A DNA stretch of 64,000 nucleotides from Iphione sp. A-MEVVRFRX5 (Eukaryota): positions 38,068,001 to 38,132,000 of the forward strand of contig OZ320318.1 in assembly GCA_976226885.1 (NCBI GenBank), read 5' to 3'. Positions 10,129-21,029 of the stretch are shown here, piece after piece. The translations under genes were made by a program, and so were the position numbers. Position 1 is the stretch's first letter; each line of letters begins with the position of its first letter. The notes beneath the pieces were generated by a model. The model did no database searches. It saw nothing but the letters and a program-made list of their open reading frames with translations, and had not been told where the DNA came from.

Positions 10129-10750
10129 CCGGGGCCGGTGGTCGCCGCGGAGACCCTCAGACAAGCACGACAGGAGTTCCTCTAGGGTCGCTTCCCCTCA
10201 AATTGGCGGGTATCAGGGCTGGTGGTCGCCGACGGTCGCCGCGGAGACCCTCAGACAAGCACGACAGGAGTTCCTCTAGGGTCGCTTCCACCCAAATTGG
10301 CGGGTATCAGGGCTGGTGGTCGCCGACGGTCGCCTCGGATACCCTCAGACAAGCACGACAGGAGTTCCTCTAGGGTCGCTTCCCCTCAAATTGGCGGGTA
10401 TCAGGGCTGGTGCTCGCCGACGGTCGCCCCGGTTACCCTCAGACAAGCACGACAGGAGTTCCTCAAGGGTCGTTTTCATAGTGATTTTGGGGTATCGGGG
10501 CTGGTGTTCGCCGACGGTCGCCCCGGTTACCCTCAGACAAGCACGACAGGAGTTCCTCTAGGGTCGCTTCCACTCAAATTGGCGGGTATCAGGGCTGGTG
10601 TTCGCCGACGGTCGCCCCGGTTACCCTCAGACAAGCACGACAGGAGTTCCTCAAGGGTCGTTTTCATAGTGATTTTGGGGTATCGGGGCTGGTGTTCGCC
10701 GACGGTCGCCCCGGTTACCCTCAGACAAGCACGACAGTCGCCTCGGATAC
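10129..10750. repeat. 94-bp CpG-rich tandem array (about 6.5 copies) with two unit variants
   Basis: cagacaagcacgacag recurs at 10158, 10252, 10346, 10440, 10534, 10628 and 10722 (exact 94-bp period). Variant order is A,A,A,B,A,B. Confidence 0.95.
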
Positions 10751-10981
10751 CCGCGTTTTCTGAGGCTAAATGGGCGACTGGTCACTATAGACAATGAAAA
10801 ACACTCATTTGGTACTGTAAATACTGGTCTTAATGGGCGACTGGTCGCCCAAGCCAGTGGTCGCCTTGGGCGAAGTATCCCATATAGAGAATGTACTGAA
10901 ATTTGGTTCGTTCTGAGCAAAACTGGTCGCACTGGCCGACTGGTCGCCCTAGGCGACTGGTCGCATGGTGGGAGTCTCCTG

Positions 10982-11334
10982 TATAGTGGATAAAACATGT
11001 ACAGGTCTTTTATCCCTCCATACTGCCAGTACAACCTTACCTTTTTTGAAAAAGACACTTGAACCTCTCTCATGCCCCAATATCTTAGGATTTTTCACCA
11101 TGACTTTCTTAGGTAAGTTCTTCCTGTTTTTCCTGACTGTCCCACAACAGTAAGTGTTCAGGGTTAACATTTTCAGTATGAGGGACATGGTAGTATAAAA
11201 ATTGTCCATAAAGATGAAAAATCCTTTTCCCAGTAATTCAGTCAAAGACATCAGCTTGAGCACAACAAAGTCCGATAACAACATTCCGTTTCGTTTCTCA
11301 GCTCCACAATAAGGTATTAGCTGCATGATATATC
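10982..11334 (-). CDS. piggyBac transposase exon 3, 5' part (second catalytic Asp), cut by the pogo insertion
   Basis: Acceptor tctttgaatag|GA restores TGY. Encodes FMDNFYT, CGTVRKNR and WRDKRPVHVLSTI, ending at the TA target site. Confidence 0.9.
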
Positions 11335-11512
11335 CTATTCAAAGAATAAGAGAAAGTTTATTGCAATTTTTTGGTGGAGAGGATCTACCATGTAAAACAG
11401 TGACCGCTTCAATGTGAAAATTCTGCATAAATATTTATTATTTATATCTTATCTTGCCTATAGATATATACATAGATATATATTATCTTGACTATGATAA
11501 TTACACACCAAC

Positions 11513-11763
11513 CTGTTACGGCCTCGGCCAAAACCCAACATTTTACCCCCCACTTGGAGGGTTTGTTTGGCATATACTGTTGACACGCAACCTTTCCTTT
11601 GTATGCAACCATGCATTCGTCGACAGATAGTTCACGCTTGGGGTGATACAGTGATTTTATGGTGTTATTCACTTGGTCCAAGAGATATTGTATTTTCCAC
11701 ATTGGCTTATATGGCCTGTTGATACCATTTGCAGGGTTTTTACGGTCATAAAAACACAAACTC
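11513..11763 (-). CDS. piggyBac transposase exon 2 (first catalytic Asp)
   Basis: Acceptor ttgtattccag|G and donor ACAG|GTTGGT. Encodes SLCFYD...ELSVDECMVAYKGK...QYMPNKPSKWGVKCWVLAE. The 251-nt length fits phase 2 to phase 1. Confidence 0.9.
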
Positions 11764-11876
11764 CTGGAATACAATATTGCTATGCGTCAATGTTACATCA
11801 CCTACAGCTGAAAATGCTTATTAATAATTAACTCTCAGATTTACATACAGAGCAAATAAAATCACATTTCACCTAC

Positions 11877-12481
11877 CTTAGGAACAACAGAAAACGATCA
11901 TGAGCCATCACCAGGGGAAACAGAGGGGTAGACATACAGATGTCTGTACTCCAGTAATCCTTCAGGGATGGTTTGGGAATCATTCCCATTATCATGCCAA
12001 GTCCCAGAAAATTGTAGAATTCTGACAAGGTGAAATTCCTCCTTTTTGGTTTCCTCTTAGATTTACTGTCCTGCTGTTTCTTGCATGAATATTCATTCGT
12101 CCAAGCCAAAATCTTTTCCATGAAAGGGACCATCAAAATCAGTGAGAAAATGTCAAGTGCAGAACTGTGCTGATCCAAGCCTGATTCCTCAGACACGCCA
12201 CACTTTGAATCATCAAACTTGATGTTTTCACCATATCCACCTATTTCCTTCTCCATTTGGTACCAACCATCGTATTTCTCCCTGTCTTGAATATGTTTTA
12301 TGTATTCCACAATTCCAAGATCGTCGTTATCTTCACTCTCATCATCTGATTGCTCCTGAACGTTCTCTTTTTCGACTGATTCTGCTAATTCTCCATCTGA
12401 TTTTTCTCCTTCAATAAGCCTATTGAGATCCTCAGGGAGATTTTCTGCTATCAGATCTACATCTGAACTGATTTCTTCCAT
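11877..12481 (-). CDS. piggyBac transposase exon 1
   Basis: ATG at 12481 (MEEISSD...), acidic N-terminus, then EFYNFLGLGMIMG-IPKPSLKDYWSTD...DRFLLFLR. Donor AG|GTAGGT at 11876 (phase 2). Confidence 0.85.
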
Positions 12482-12724
12482 AATTCTCCAAAAATCACAA
12501 ATAAATACACCACGGTCACACAGCGTAAATGTGTGGCGGGAGGAGCGGCCCAGGAAAGCTGACAAAACACAACGCAGCAGACGACATATGCGTCAAATGG
12601 AACCTTTACTATGGATACTTGCATATGTTTCCGGACTGAATGAAATGCTTATAAATACACATTTAGTTAACAAAAATATCATTTTATATGACATTATTTA
12701 TATACTTATTTGCATATGGACTGT

Positions 12725-12837
12725 GAGTAGAGACGGATGTATCCTCAGGGATACATCCGTCTTTTAACGGATGTATCCCTGAGGATACATCCGTCTCTAC
12801 TCGGTGTATCCTCAGGGATACATCCGTCCTCATAGGG
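12725..12837. repeat. Nested palindromes at the piggyBac 5' terminus
   Basis: A perfect 35-bp inverted repeat (12725-12759 / 12768-12802, spacer tcttttaa). Each arm is built on the palindrome GACGGATGTATCC-n4-GGATACATCCGTC. A third, partial copy runs into the TIR. Confidence 0.92.
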
Positions 12838-13169
12838 TTAATTTGGGTCTAAATGCTAAGCTATAGAGGTAAGCGGTTTACAGACGACAACCATTGCTTG
12901 CTCAGTCAGTGCCTTGTATGTAAAATAGTAGATACATGTATTTAAACTGAGAAAAAAGATACCCAGCTTAATTTACATTCTATCCGTGACAATACGTTTT
13001 TATACAAAATACATGTGTATGTTTCACTGTCAGGATGGTTAATTTCTGTTCACAGTTTTGAAGCTATGTGGATATTCCACACCTAGACAGCAAGAAATAG
13101 ACACACGCCGACACACACATATACACACCCCAGTCACACACACACTCAACGTTGAGATGAACAAACCGG

Positions 13170-13390
13170 TAGGGGCGGGAGAGGTGGTATTTTAGCCACG
13201 ACACCTAGCGTGATTAAACCGGACTGAAAAGTGGGTTTGCTGGCAGCAGAGCCAATCACAGAGTACGTTTGTATTTGGTGCAGTGCAGTGCAATGTGAAA
13301 ACCAACATGGCGGCAGTCAAGTATACAAAACCATTGATTTCATATACACACTGAAAAAGTATAGAATTCGCTTTGCAGGTAGGTATTTTC
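13170..13390 (+). promoter_or_regulatory. Promoter-like motif cluster
   Basis: GGGGCGGG near 13172, CCAATCA near 13253, YY1-like AACATGGCGGC at 13304 and a possible donor CAG|GTAGGT near 13378. No associated gene found. Confidence 0.3.
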
Positions 13391-14407
13391 CAATTTTTAA
13401 GGTCATGCATTTTTATATATATTTCTTTCTTCTTATTGCTTAGCTATCAGTATGCATTTCTTGTCTATGATGTTTCGTCATGTCTTGCGGCCCAGCATAT
13501 ATATGTGTTGTTACTGGGCAGGCCCGGCCTCTAAAATTTTAATAGCTCACTTACCCTGTTCCACCATATGCAGTAGGCAGTCTGCGCAGTGAATCCTATA
13601 ACTGTATTTACACATCGTTTTTATTCAGTGTACATATATATGTATGTGTCAGTATATCGATATCGTAGAAACAGCACCCGCACCTCAGCAGTGCCAGTAT
13701 AGTAGTAGGCAACTACAGTATTTATTTACAGTACCCCAACGATTTATAGTAATGAGCAAACAAGAACATCTCCTGATTTTCCATTTTGTAGCATCGGTCT
13801 AGATACTGCGTTGATCACTACCATGTGCATTGTACACATGCACACGTGTATATAATGCACGCTCAGTGACACTGTTCTCCCACGGATTTTGCTTTGATTT
13901 AGCGGTCGCCTTGCGGCCACAGGGTGCCCAGCCGCCTAGGCCAGGTTGGCACCGCTTAGAGCTGTGGTTCTTATATTGAACTCCTGAATCACAACTCAAA
14001 CTTAGGTTACCAGGGGTCTGCTATAAGTGCTTTTGCCGTTGTGATTATATGAGGCGGTCAGCCCGGAGATAACTGTCTGATAAGAGCTTAGTTACTAAAT
14101 GTTATACACTAAGGCATTGGAGGGATGCCCGTCAGTAGCCGACAATGCCAATAGCCGACAAATTTTCACGGGACCAAATGCGACAGGTCCCTTGTGCAGA
14201 CCTAGGGTGGGGGGTCTCAGTTGCGTTATTTGCTTTACCCAATCAATCAATATAGTCCAGATCATAAATGTACCCAGTATGAGATGTGCATGTATAATAA
14301 CAGCGATGTTTTTGTAGGGCATACTGGTCAACTGGGCCCGTAAGTCAGTTGGGTCTGTCAATTGGGCGCCATGATTATATTGAATACACAACACCTGCCT
14401 CTGCAAC

Positions 14408-14573
14408 NNNNNNNNNNNNNNNNNNNNNNNNNNNNNNNNNNNNNNNNNNNNNNNNNNNNNNNNNNNNNNNNNNNNNNNNNNNNNNNNNNNNNNNNNNNNN
14501 NNNNNNNNNNNNNNNNNNNNNNNNNNNNNNNNNNNNNNNNNNNNNNNNNNNNNNNNNNNNNNNNNNNNNNNNN
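14408..14573. other. Assembly gap (N run)
   Basis: Run of N. Confidence 1.
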
Positions 14574-17500
14574 AAGATGTACACAATATATTTCTACAGT
14601 TAGGACACACTTGTCCATGGGTGGTTGTCAGGTAGTGAGGAGAAAAGGTTGAGGGGCGAGGGCCCCATGGACATGGACTCACACCTCTTTTTGTGCCATT
14701 TTTGCGATTGTGACAGCCACAGGTGGTCATCAGGTAGAAGGGGTGGGGTTGAGGGGAGAGTGCCAAATGGAGCAGCAAAGGGCCAAATTCACTGTTCCTT
14801 AGGTAGAGCAGGGAGGGAGGTGTAAGAGACCAACAGATCACTAATCCAAGTCAGCAAGGTTGTTGTGCTAAAGTTTGCCTACCATGGGCCCAGTTTACGG
14901 GCCCAGTTGACCCATGGGCCCAATCAACCTGTTAAATCAAGGTGAAGCGTTATCTGCCCCTTTTTTCGTGATAGGTATAAGAGGTACGAGAAGTATAATA
15001 CAATAGGTGATGATCAAACCCCCACACACCCCTCTGTAGTCCCCGGCCTCCCCTGCCATCGCCACCGCCACCACCACCACTATTGCAGGCTAATGACTGT
15101 CGGCTACTGCCACGGTCGGCTAACGACCGCATACCCATTGGAGTGCAGACAACCCTGGTAGCGATGTATTGGAAATTCCTTCTTCTGTATTTTTATAAAT
15201 TATGTGTAGATAATAATAGAATTAGGTCCATCTCACTACCCGTAGTCTCTACTTTTTGTTCAGGTTAATCGTAAAACTCTTACCCCAGTTGTTGTTTAGA
15301 TATTATTAATTGAATTCCCCAAGGAAAAGTAGGCTTAGGCTCCCATTTTACCCCCCCTGGCCTCCTTTTCAACCACTGATTGCAGCTCCCCCTATATATA
15401 CAGTGTGGCTTCCTGACCATGCCAATACTGATTATGATAAAGAATGAGTCATTATAACGGAGTTTTGGTCACCAGATCATCACTATGAGCACTGTTTGGG
15501 TCACAGGTAAAAAAAAAACGCGGCTAAGAACCCCTGATTTGACTCGGTTCTCAGGTGTTAGTGAAGTGAAATGTATGCTTTATATAATTGAGGTCTCTGG
15601 AACAACATACTTGATCATTAATATTTGAGCCATAACCCAACTTGAGCCACACACACACACAGACACATACACACACGCACACACACCAACACGTACATGC
15701 TCACACACAGTGGGTATTCAAAGGTTGGGCGCAGTAGTTACAGTGCATAGATTTATGACAATATGAATAACTTTATTGTCCTGGGAAATGCTTGCAAACA
15801 TTTCAGTTCCATAGATACATGTGCATTGTACATATATATGCATTGCGACTCAACCCTCTCTTTTTGTCCATCTGTCTGTCCTTCTCTGGCTCTCTCTAAT
15901 AATAACGACTTCACTGCAATGCCTGTCTCAAATAGATCAAGTTTCAAGACGCATGTAACATGTAGGGGACATGTAATCTCTGCAGCTGGGGGAGCCACAC
16001 TGAATGTGATTTGATGTTCTTAGTTCCATATTATAGCTCTCATGGCAGGATTCTGTATGTATGGATACAAGGGTGATTACTGCGGGTATGTCAGAAATAT
16101 TACTTTAAATCTGATAAGTTGTATAAAAATTTATAACCAAGTCATTTGGGCTACCTGCTAAATATACATTTAATGTTACTTGCTTTTTATGACATATTTC
16201 AGTTCCCAATAAGGTAAATTCGAAGGACTCCGTGACAAGATATAAAGATATGCATAGACGTAAAAAAATTTGATTACTGTAGCAACAGAATGGATGTACA
16301 TGTATTTAAATACCTCTATGTTATAGGAAAAGGACACATTTTCCATCCAAGACTAAAATAATATTGAGAATTTCTTTGTCAGAACTGATCCTTAACAATA
16401 ATTAAAGTTTATAGTCAATTAACATTTATGAGAGCATCACTATGTCTTACTTTATAAAGTGTCAATTAATATATTTAGGTGTTAATTCCATCTTTTTGAA
16501 TGGGCAGTTTTGACAGCTTTGGGTTGCAGTATCTCGTGATCTAACCGTAGTACATGTATTCGCATCATTTGTGACCATATGATGTACAAAACTTTTCTTT
16601 AGCTGCCATATCTTTACACTGCTTTATCGCAGTTGTTTGCTGTCTCACATTTATTTTTCAAACTCATATTTGAATTAAAGTATACATCACGTGTAGAGAG
16701 ATTGGCAAAACCTATGATTGCCATAGGCCTGCGTCGTTCAGTATGAGGCCTGTGTCAGGTGCTAGTTTTGCTGTTATGAAGTAGGTTAATAATTTTGAAG
16801 ATGTAATTTGATTATCTTCGTTCTAGTAATTTGATGGTGTAACCTATAAGAATGTTGTATAGGGATACCTCCATTATTTTAGTACATGTATGTTACTGAT
16901 CCAGATTGAGAATACCACAAATAGTTGAAAGTCAAGGTTTGAAATTGATTTTCTTTGACCCAGCTAAATATAGATACGGGGATCATGCTGCGCTTACCTG
17001 CTTGAGAACTTACTAATCGAAAATATATGAATTTATGAACAACCTAGGCTGTATTGACAATCTTACCCAGAGATTATAGACGCATTATACATCGGACCTT
17101 ATTATACTGGAAGGAAAAATATCTAAATGGGAGGGTAAATTACTAAATGATTTTGGGTATGGAAAATAATAATCAAACAATAATGTCCGTCATATTGCAG
17201 AACTTAGCCTTATCTTTAGGCATGCGTTGTTCATTTGACTTGCGGTCAGCCCTTAACTCAACCGACCGTATACAAATTCCTTTGAAGCCACTATCTAAGA
17301 GAATTGAATTAAATGCTACACTGTATAGTGCATAACCCAAACATTTACATGTACACATACATATACATGTATTTTTGTTATTCCAACGAAAGACACAGTA
17401 ATTTTAATAAATGTCTTGTCCACCAGGTGGACATAGTGAGATCCCTCCCACCCACCCAGTACTTCTACCCCACCTCAGTCTGCTTCCTGCTGCCAGCCAT

Positions 17501-17701
17501 TCCACACCTACCCTCAGTGTCTTGGATTTGTTGCTGTCTGGATTCTGTCCTAGACTGCTAGTGCAGCTAGGCTTTTTCTGTTAATCCTTTTCTATTAATA
17601 TTTATTTTCTTTTATGACAGGTTGCACCTGCCACAAGGCATTTTTTCTGTTTTTTTTCTGTACTTGTGGAGCCGCACATGGTATACTGGTGCATTGTAGC
17701 C

Positions 17702-18910
17702 ATGTCTCAGTCACATTTCGATGTAGTCTCATTCCTGTCAGGCACTTCTGGGGTGTCCTCTGTTAGGAAAAGTGCAAAAATGACCCCAAAGACCTCAAAT
17801 GTTGCAGAAAAGGGTTAAAAATCTTCCAAGATCTCAGAGACCTTACAGGAGAGCACATAAAATCAAAGTAAACCTGTTGCAAAGAAAGCCAAACTTGAGG
17901 TGCATTCAGAAATGCTTTAACACATATGCTCGACATCTACTGTCATGGGTGAATGAACGCCCCAATCCCCCCCCCTCTCCCCAATGCCAATTTGTATATC
18001 GAATGCCTCATTGGGGTCTGAGCTAGAGACCGTGTGATACCCAGGCACATCGACAGCAACACCTTTGAGGGAGTCCAGTCAAAGTGATATTTCGCTGTGA
18101 AGTCTTGCTGATGTTAGTCATGCTGTCCCTGGTCAAAGCATTGATATTGATGTCCGCGATGCAGACGGCCAAGGGCATTCATCAGTGCAGACCCCTATTG
18201 ATCCCAGCCTTTCAGAATGCTCTTTTAGTGGCCATTTAAACTGTACACAGTTTCTTAGTTGACGCTATGACCAAAATGTCTTCAGACTTTCAGTCAGGGT
18301 TGGTTTCACTTGACAAATCCCTTGGCAATAATCTTATGGAAGGGATAAATGTTAGTGCCGACACTATTGCTGCTGTGCATGATGATGTTTCAGTGTCTCA
18401 ACCTAAATCTAAGCAGCACAATGTTTCTGCCTCTACCTCTGGTGAGGAAGAAGAGGATGATAAGGAGGATGATGCTGGTGTAAGTTCTGTTCAAGACAAG
18501 TCAGAACAGTCTGTTAAGGTTGTGCAAGCTTCTCTGTCTGCTTCTGTTGAGCAACATTCACCCCCACTAATCCTCAAGATGAAGATTCATCTTTAGGGTT
18601 TCTGGATTTAGCAGCATCAGAGTTTGAGGATAATCCCCTTGGTGGTCCACCCTTACATGAGAAGGTGGTCACTTTTGTGGATACATGTCTGTCTACTCTG
18701 GTTGCGCTGAAGACTGGTAAAAATTAGGAAAGCGAATTTGGCACCTAATAATTCAGCCTGGCTGAAGGTTCCTAGGGTGAATGAGCCTATTTGGATACCT
18801 TTGCCCAGAGATGTGGAAATTAGAAATCGTTCTTCTCAAAAGGTACAGTCATCTCTGATTTTAACCGTGACCTTTTTTAACAGTGTTTACAACTTGCTAG
18901 TAAATTAGGA
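17702..18910 (+). pseudogene. Decayed DIRS-like retrotransposon ORF1 (gag-like)
   Basis: A low-complexity acidic N-terminus is followed by GPPLHEKVVTFVDTCLST and, after a frameshift, APNNSAWLKVPRVNEPIW..LPRDV.IRNRSSQKVQSSL. This resembles the P.N...L.VP.VN..IW..L...R..D...QKVQ..L signature of marine-invertebrate DIRS ORF1. Several stops, 3' truncated. Confidence 0.6.
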
Positions 18911-20889
18911 TTATGCTTCACTGTCTAGTTCATATTACCTCCTGATTAAGGTCGTCCAGTGAAAGAGGGTTGTCTATCCAAGTTCATCTCTTTGAGCTAC
19001 AAAGTCCATGTCTGCCTCATCGTCCATGTGTTTTCCATCCCTGACAGACAGAACACCGACGAGCATTGTCCTTTGGGGGATGAAATCAAGCTTGTTCCTG
19101 TCCATATTGTATCATTAAAGCCTGACATATATGATAAATGTACGTCACACCGTGTCGTCTGTCCTGTCCTGTTCGTCAGACATAGATAGGACACAGACGG
19201 ACAACGCAGACAAGGGTTATTGACTAAAGATGAAAAATTGCTTCAGTTACAATTCTTAGTCATATCATCCTATTCTTGAAGTGAGCAAGCTTGCAGCTAT
19301 AGAGGGCAAAACAGGCTACGAGAATAGTCACATAGTGTTTTGATGTTATGCTAGGTACCAATGAGTCGTCAAAGACGAAAAATAAAACTGCTAGTTACTA
19401 GAGAGGTAACAGTCCCATGCTCCCATTTCAACTTGCAGTGTCATTATAATTAAAGATGAAGAGATAATTTGAAGGCAGATGACTGTCAGGTGTCTGCAGT
19501 TTAATGTCTGCTGTTATTTACGTCAGTTGAGACTGATGGGTTGTTTACAACCACATGTACTGATACGCCCTCGCACAGGGACCGCTCTGGATGCCGTTAT
19601 TTCGGGCAAATAGAGTTAAACAGACCATGTTCAGTAACTAGGACATGTACTCCATTAGCAGAAATTCTCTTCCCTTATATAAAGAAAAACATGGTTATCT
19701 TAAACCAGCTGACTTCACAGTGGAAATTTGAGATAATGTTATAAATTACAGTTATATGTATCTTTATCACGACATCTCCTCTATTCATTCAGTATAAAGA
19801 TTTTAAAGAGATTATTTACTGGAACGGTATGTTTTTGACTTTCTTTATGGCAAACGACGTAATTGCTCTCATTGTTGAAGACGCCCCCGTTGTTTACAAG
19901 TCATATTCACTGAGATATCACTTTATTACACTGGACTCGTTCATTATCCACCAGTGAACGTGACACGCGTGCAGAGACCTTTTCAAGGTACATTAGAGTG
20001 GCCTACCCCCCCCCCCCCCCACCAATCGATTACACTCGTTCTACTCAACCCAAGACCAGATAGTGACGAGGGTAGCGACAGCTCGAGACCTGGGGTGGGA
20101 CGAAGTAAGCAGGGTGAGCGCATACGTAGCAGGATACAGGGTGGTGATCGGGAGCTTGGTTGGCTGGAGAATGGCGCCTCAGGTGTCTGTTTACTACCAG
20201 CCCGTGTGCGCCGCGCCACAGCTGGCCGCCATGGACGCCTCCTGCCAGAACCTGGTCCGTCCTGCCTTGCTTTAAGGTCATTGGTTGAGACGGTCCAGTT
20301 GCGCCAGATGCGGAGGAGCAGGAGCCTTGAAGGAGTGTTGGCGGCACTAACCTCAGCCTCCGTCCATATCCCAACATCCCCGCACACACCCCGTCTCCTG
20401 CTCGTTGACAAGAATGAGAGGCGGATGCCGGAGGGTGGGGTGTTACGAGGCTAATGCGTTGCAGGACCCATCATTGATGAAACACCTTGACTGATCTTTG
20501 TGGTGATCACATTTGTCTTGCAGGATCCACCCTCCCCCGCAGCGCAGTATCATTTGCACACTGCTGTACCTATAAGTGGACCCCGCCATCCAAGTAGAAA
20601 ATCAAAACCCGTCCTGACATCACAGAAATCCATTTGCCTGGAGAGAATGCAGTGCACATACAATACGATCGGTTATTGTTGGTTCACTTTTTTCGCATAG
20701 TGGAAGCGGGGACGATTGGCAGTACCCTAGCTACGTTGACTTCTCCCCTCCCCCACTTGTTGTACAGTCATACTTTAGTAACCAAACACCTTTACCGTCC
20801 GTCCGTTCACTTTTTTGGTACCGTCCATACATCCATTGTTCTGTTCCTACACGGAACAACATCAGCCCTTTTCCATCTTGTCCCTTAAT

Positions 20890-21029
20890 NNNNNNNNNNN
20901 NNNNNNNNNNNNNNNNNNNNNNNNNNNNNNNNNNNNNNNNNNNNNNNNNNNNNNNNNNNNNNNNNNNNNNNNNNNNNNNNNNNNNNNNNNNNNNNNNNNN
21001 NNNNNNNNNNNNNNNNNNNNNNNNNNNNN
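20890..21029. other. Assembly gap (N run)
   Basis: Run of N. Confidence 1.

Larger units (their letters stand above)
7630..10981 (-). mobile_element. pogo/Tigger (Tc1/mariner superfamily) DNA transposon, apparently full length
   Basis: TA duplication at 7628-7629 and 10982-10983. Imperfect TIRs CAGGGGACTCC...CGACCA and CAGGAGACTCC...CGACCA. Excision restores the flanking piggyBac frame (LSTI|HG). Confidence 0.95.
6619..12837 (-). mobile_element. piggyBac-superfamily DNA transposon, disrupted by a nested pogo element
   Basis: TTAA (6615-6618) is followed by CCCTATCGGGAC at the left end. At the right end the reverse complement reads CCCTATGAGGAC next to TTAA (12838-12841), a 10/12 match. A spliced piggyBac transposase lies between them. 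The right end is more certain than the left. Confidence 0.75.

Noticed and set aside
9709-10164. 151-aa ORF and other ORFs over the 21-bp and 94-bp arrays
   Set aside because: They are open only because of repeat periodicity and GC content. The ATG at 10164 lies upstream of the predicted TSS.
10129-10750. 94-bp array as a CRISPR-like repeat-spacer array
   Set aside because: The variable part has only two related variants rather than unique spacers, there are no cas genes, and the context is a eukaryotic transposon.
14095-14841. 248-aa ORF, and ORFs at 20731-21186
   Set aside because: Artefacts of translation through N gaps.
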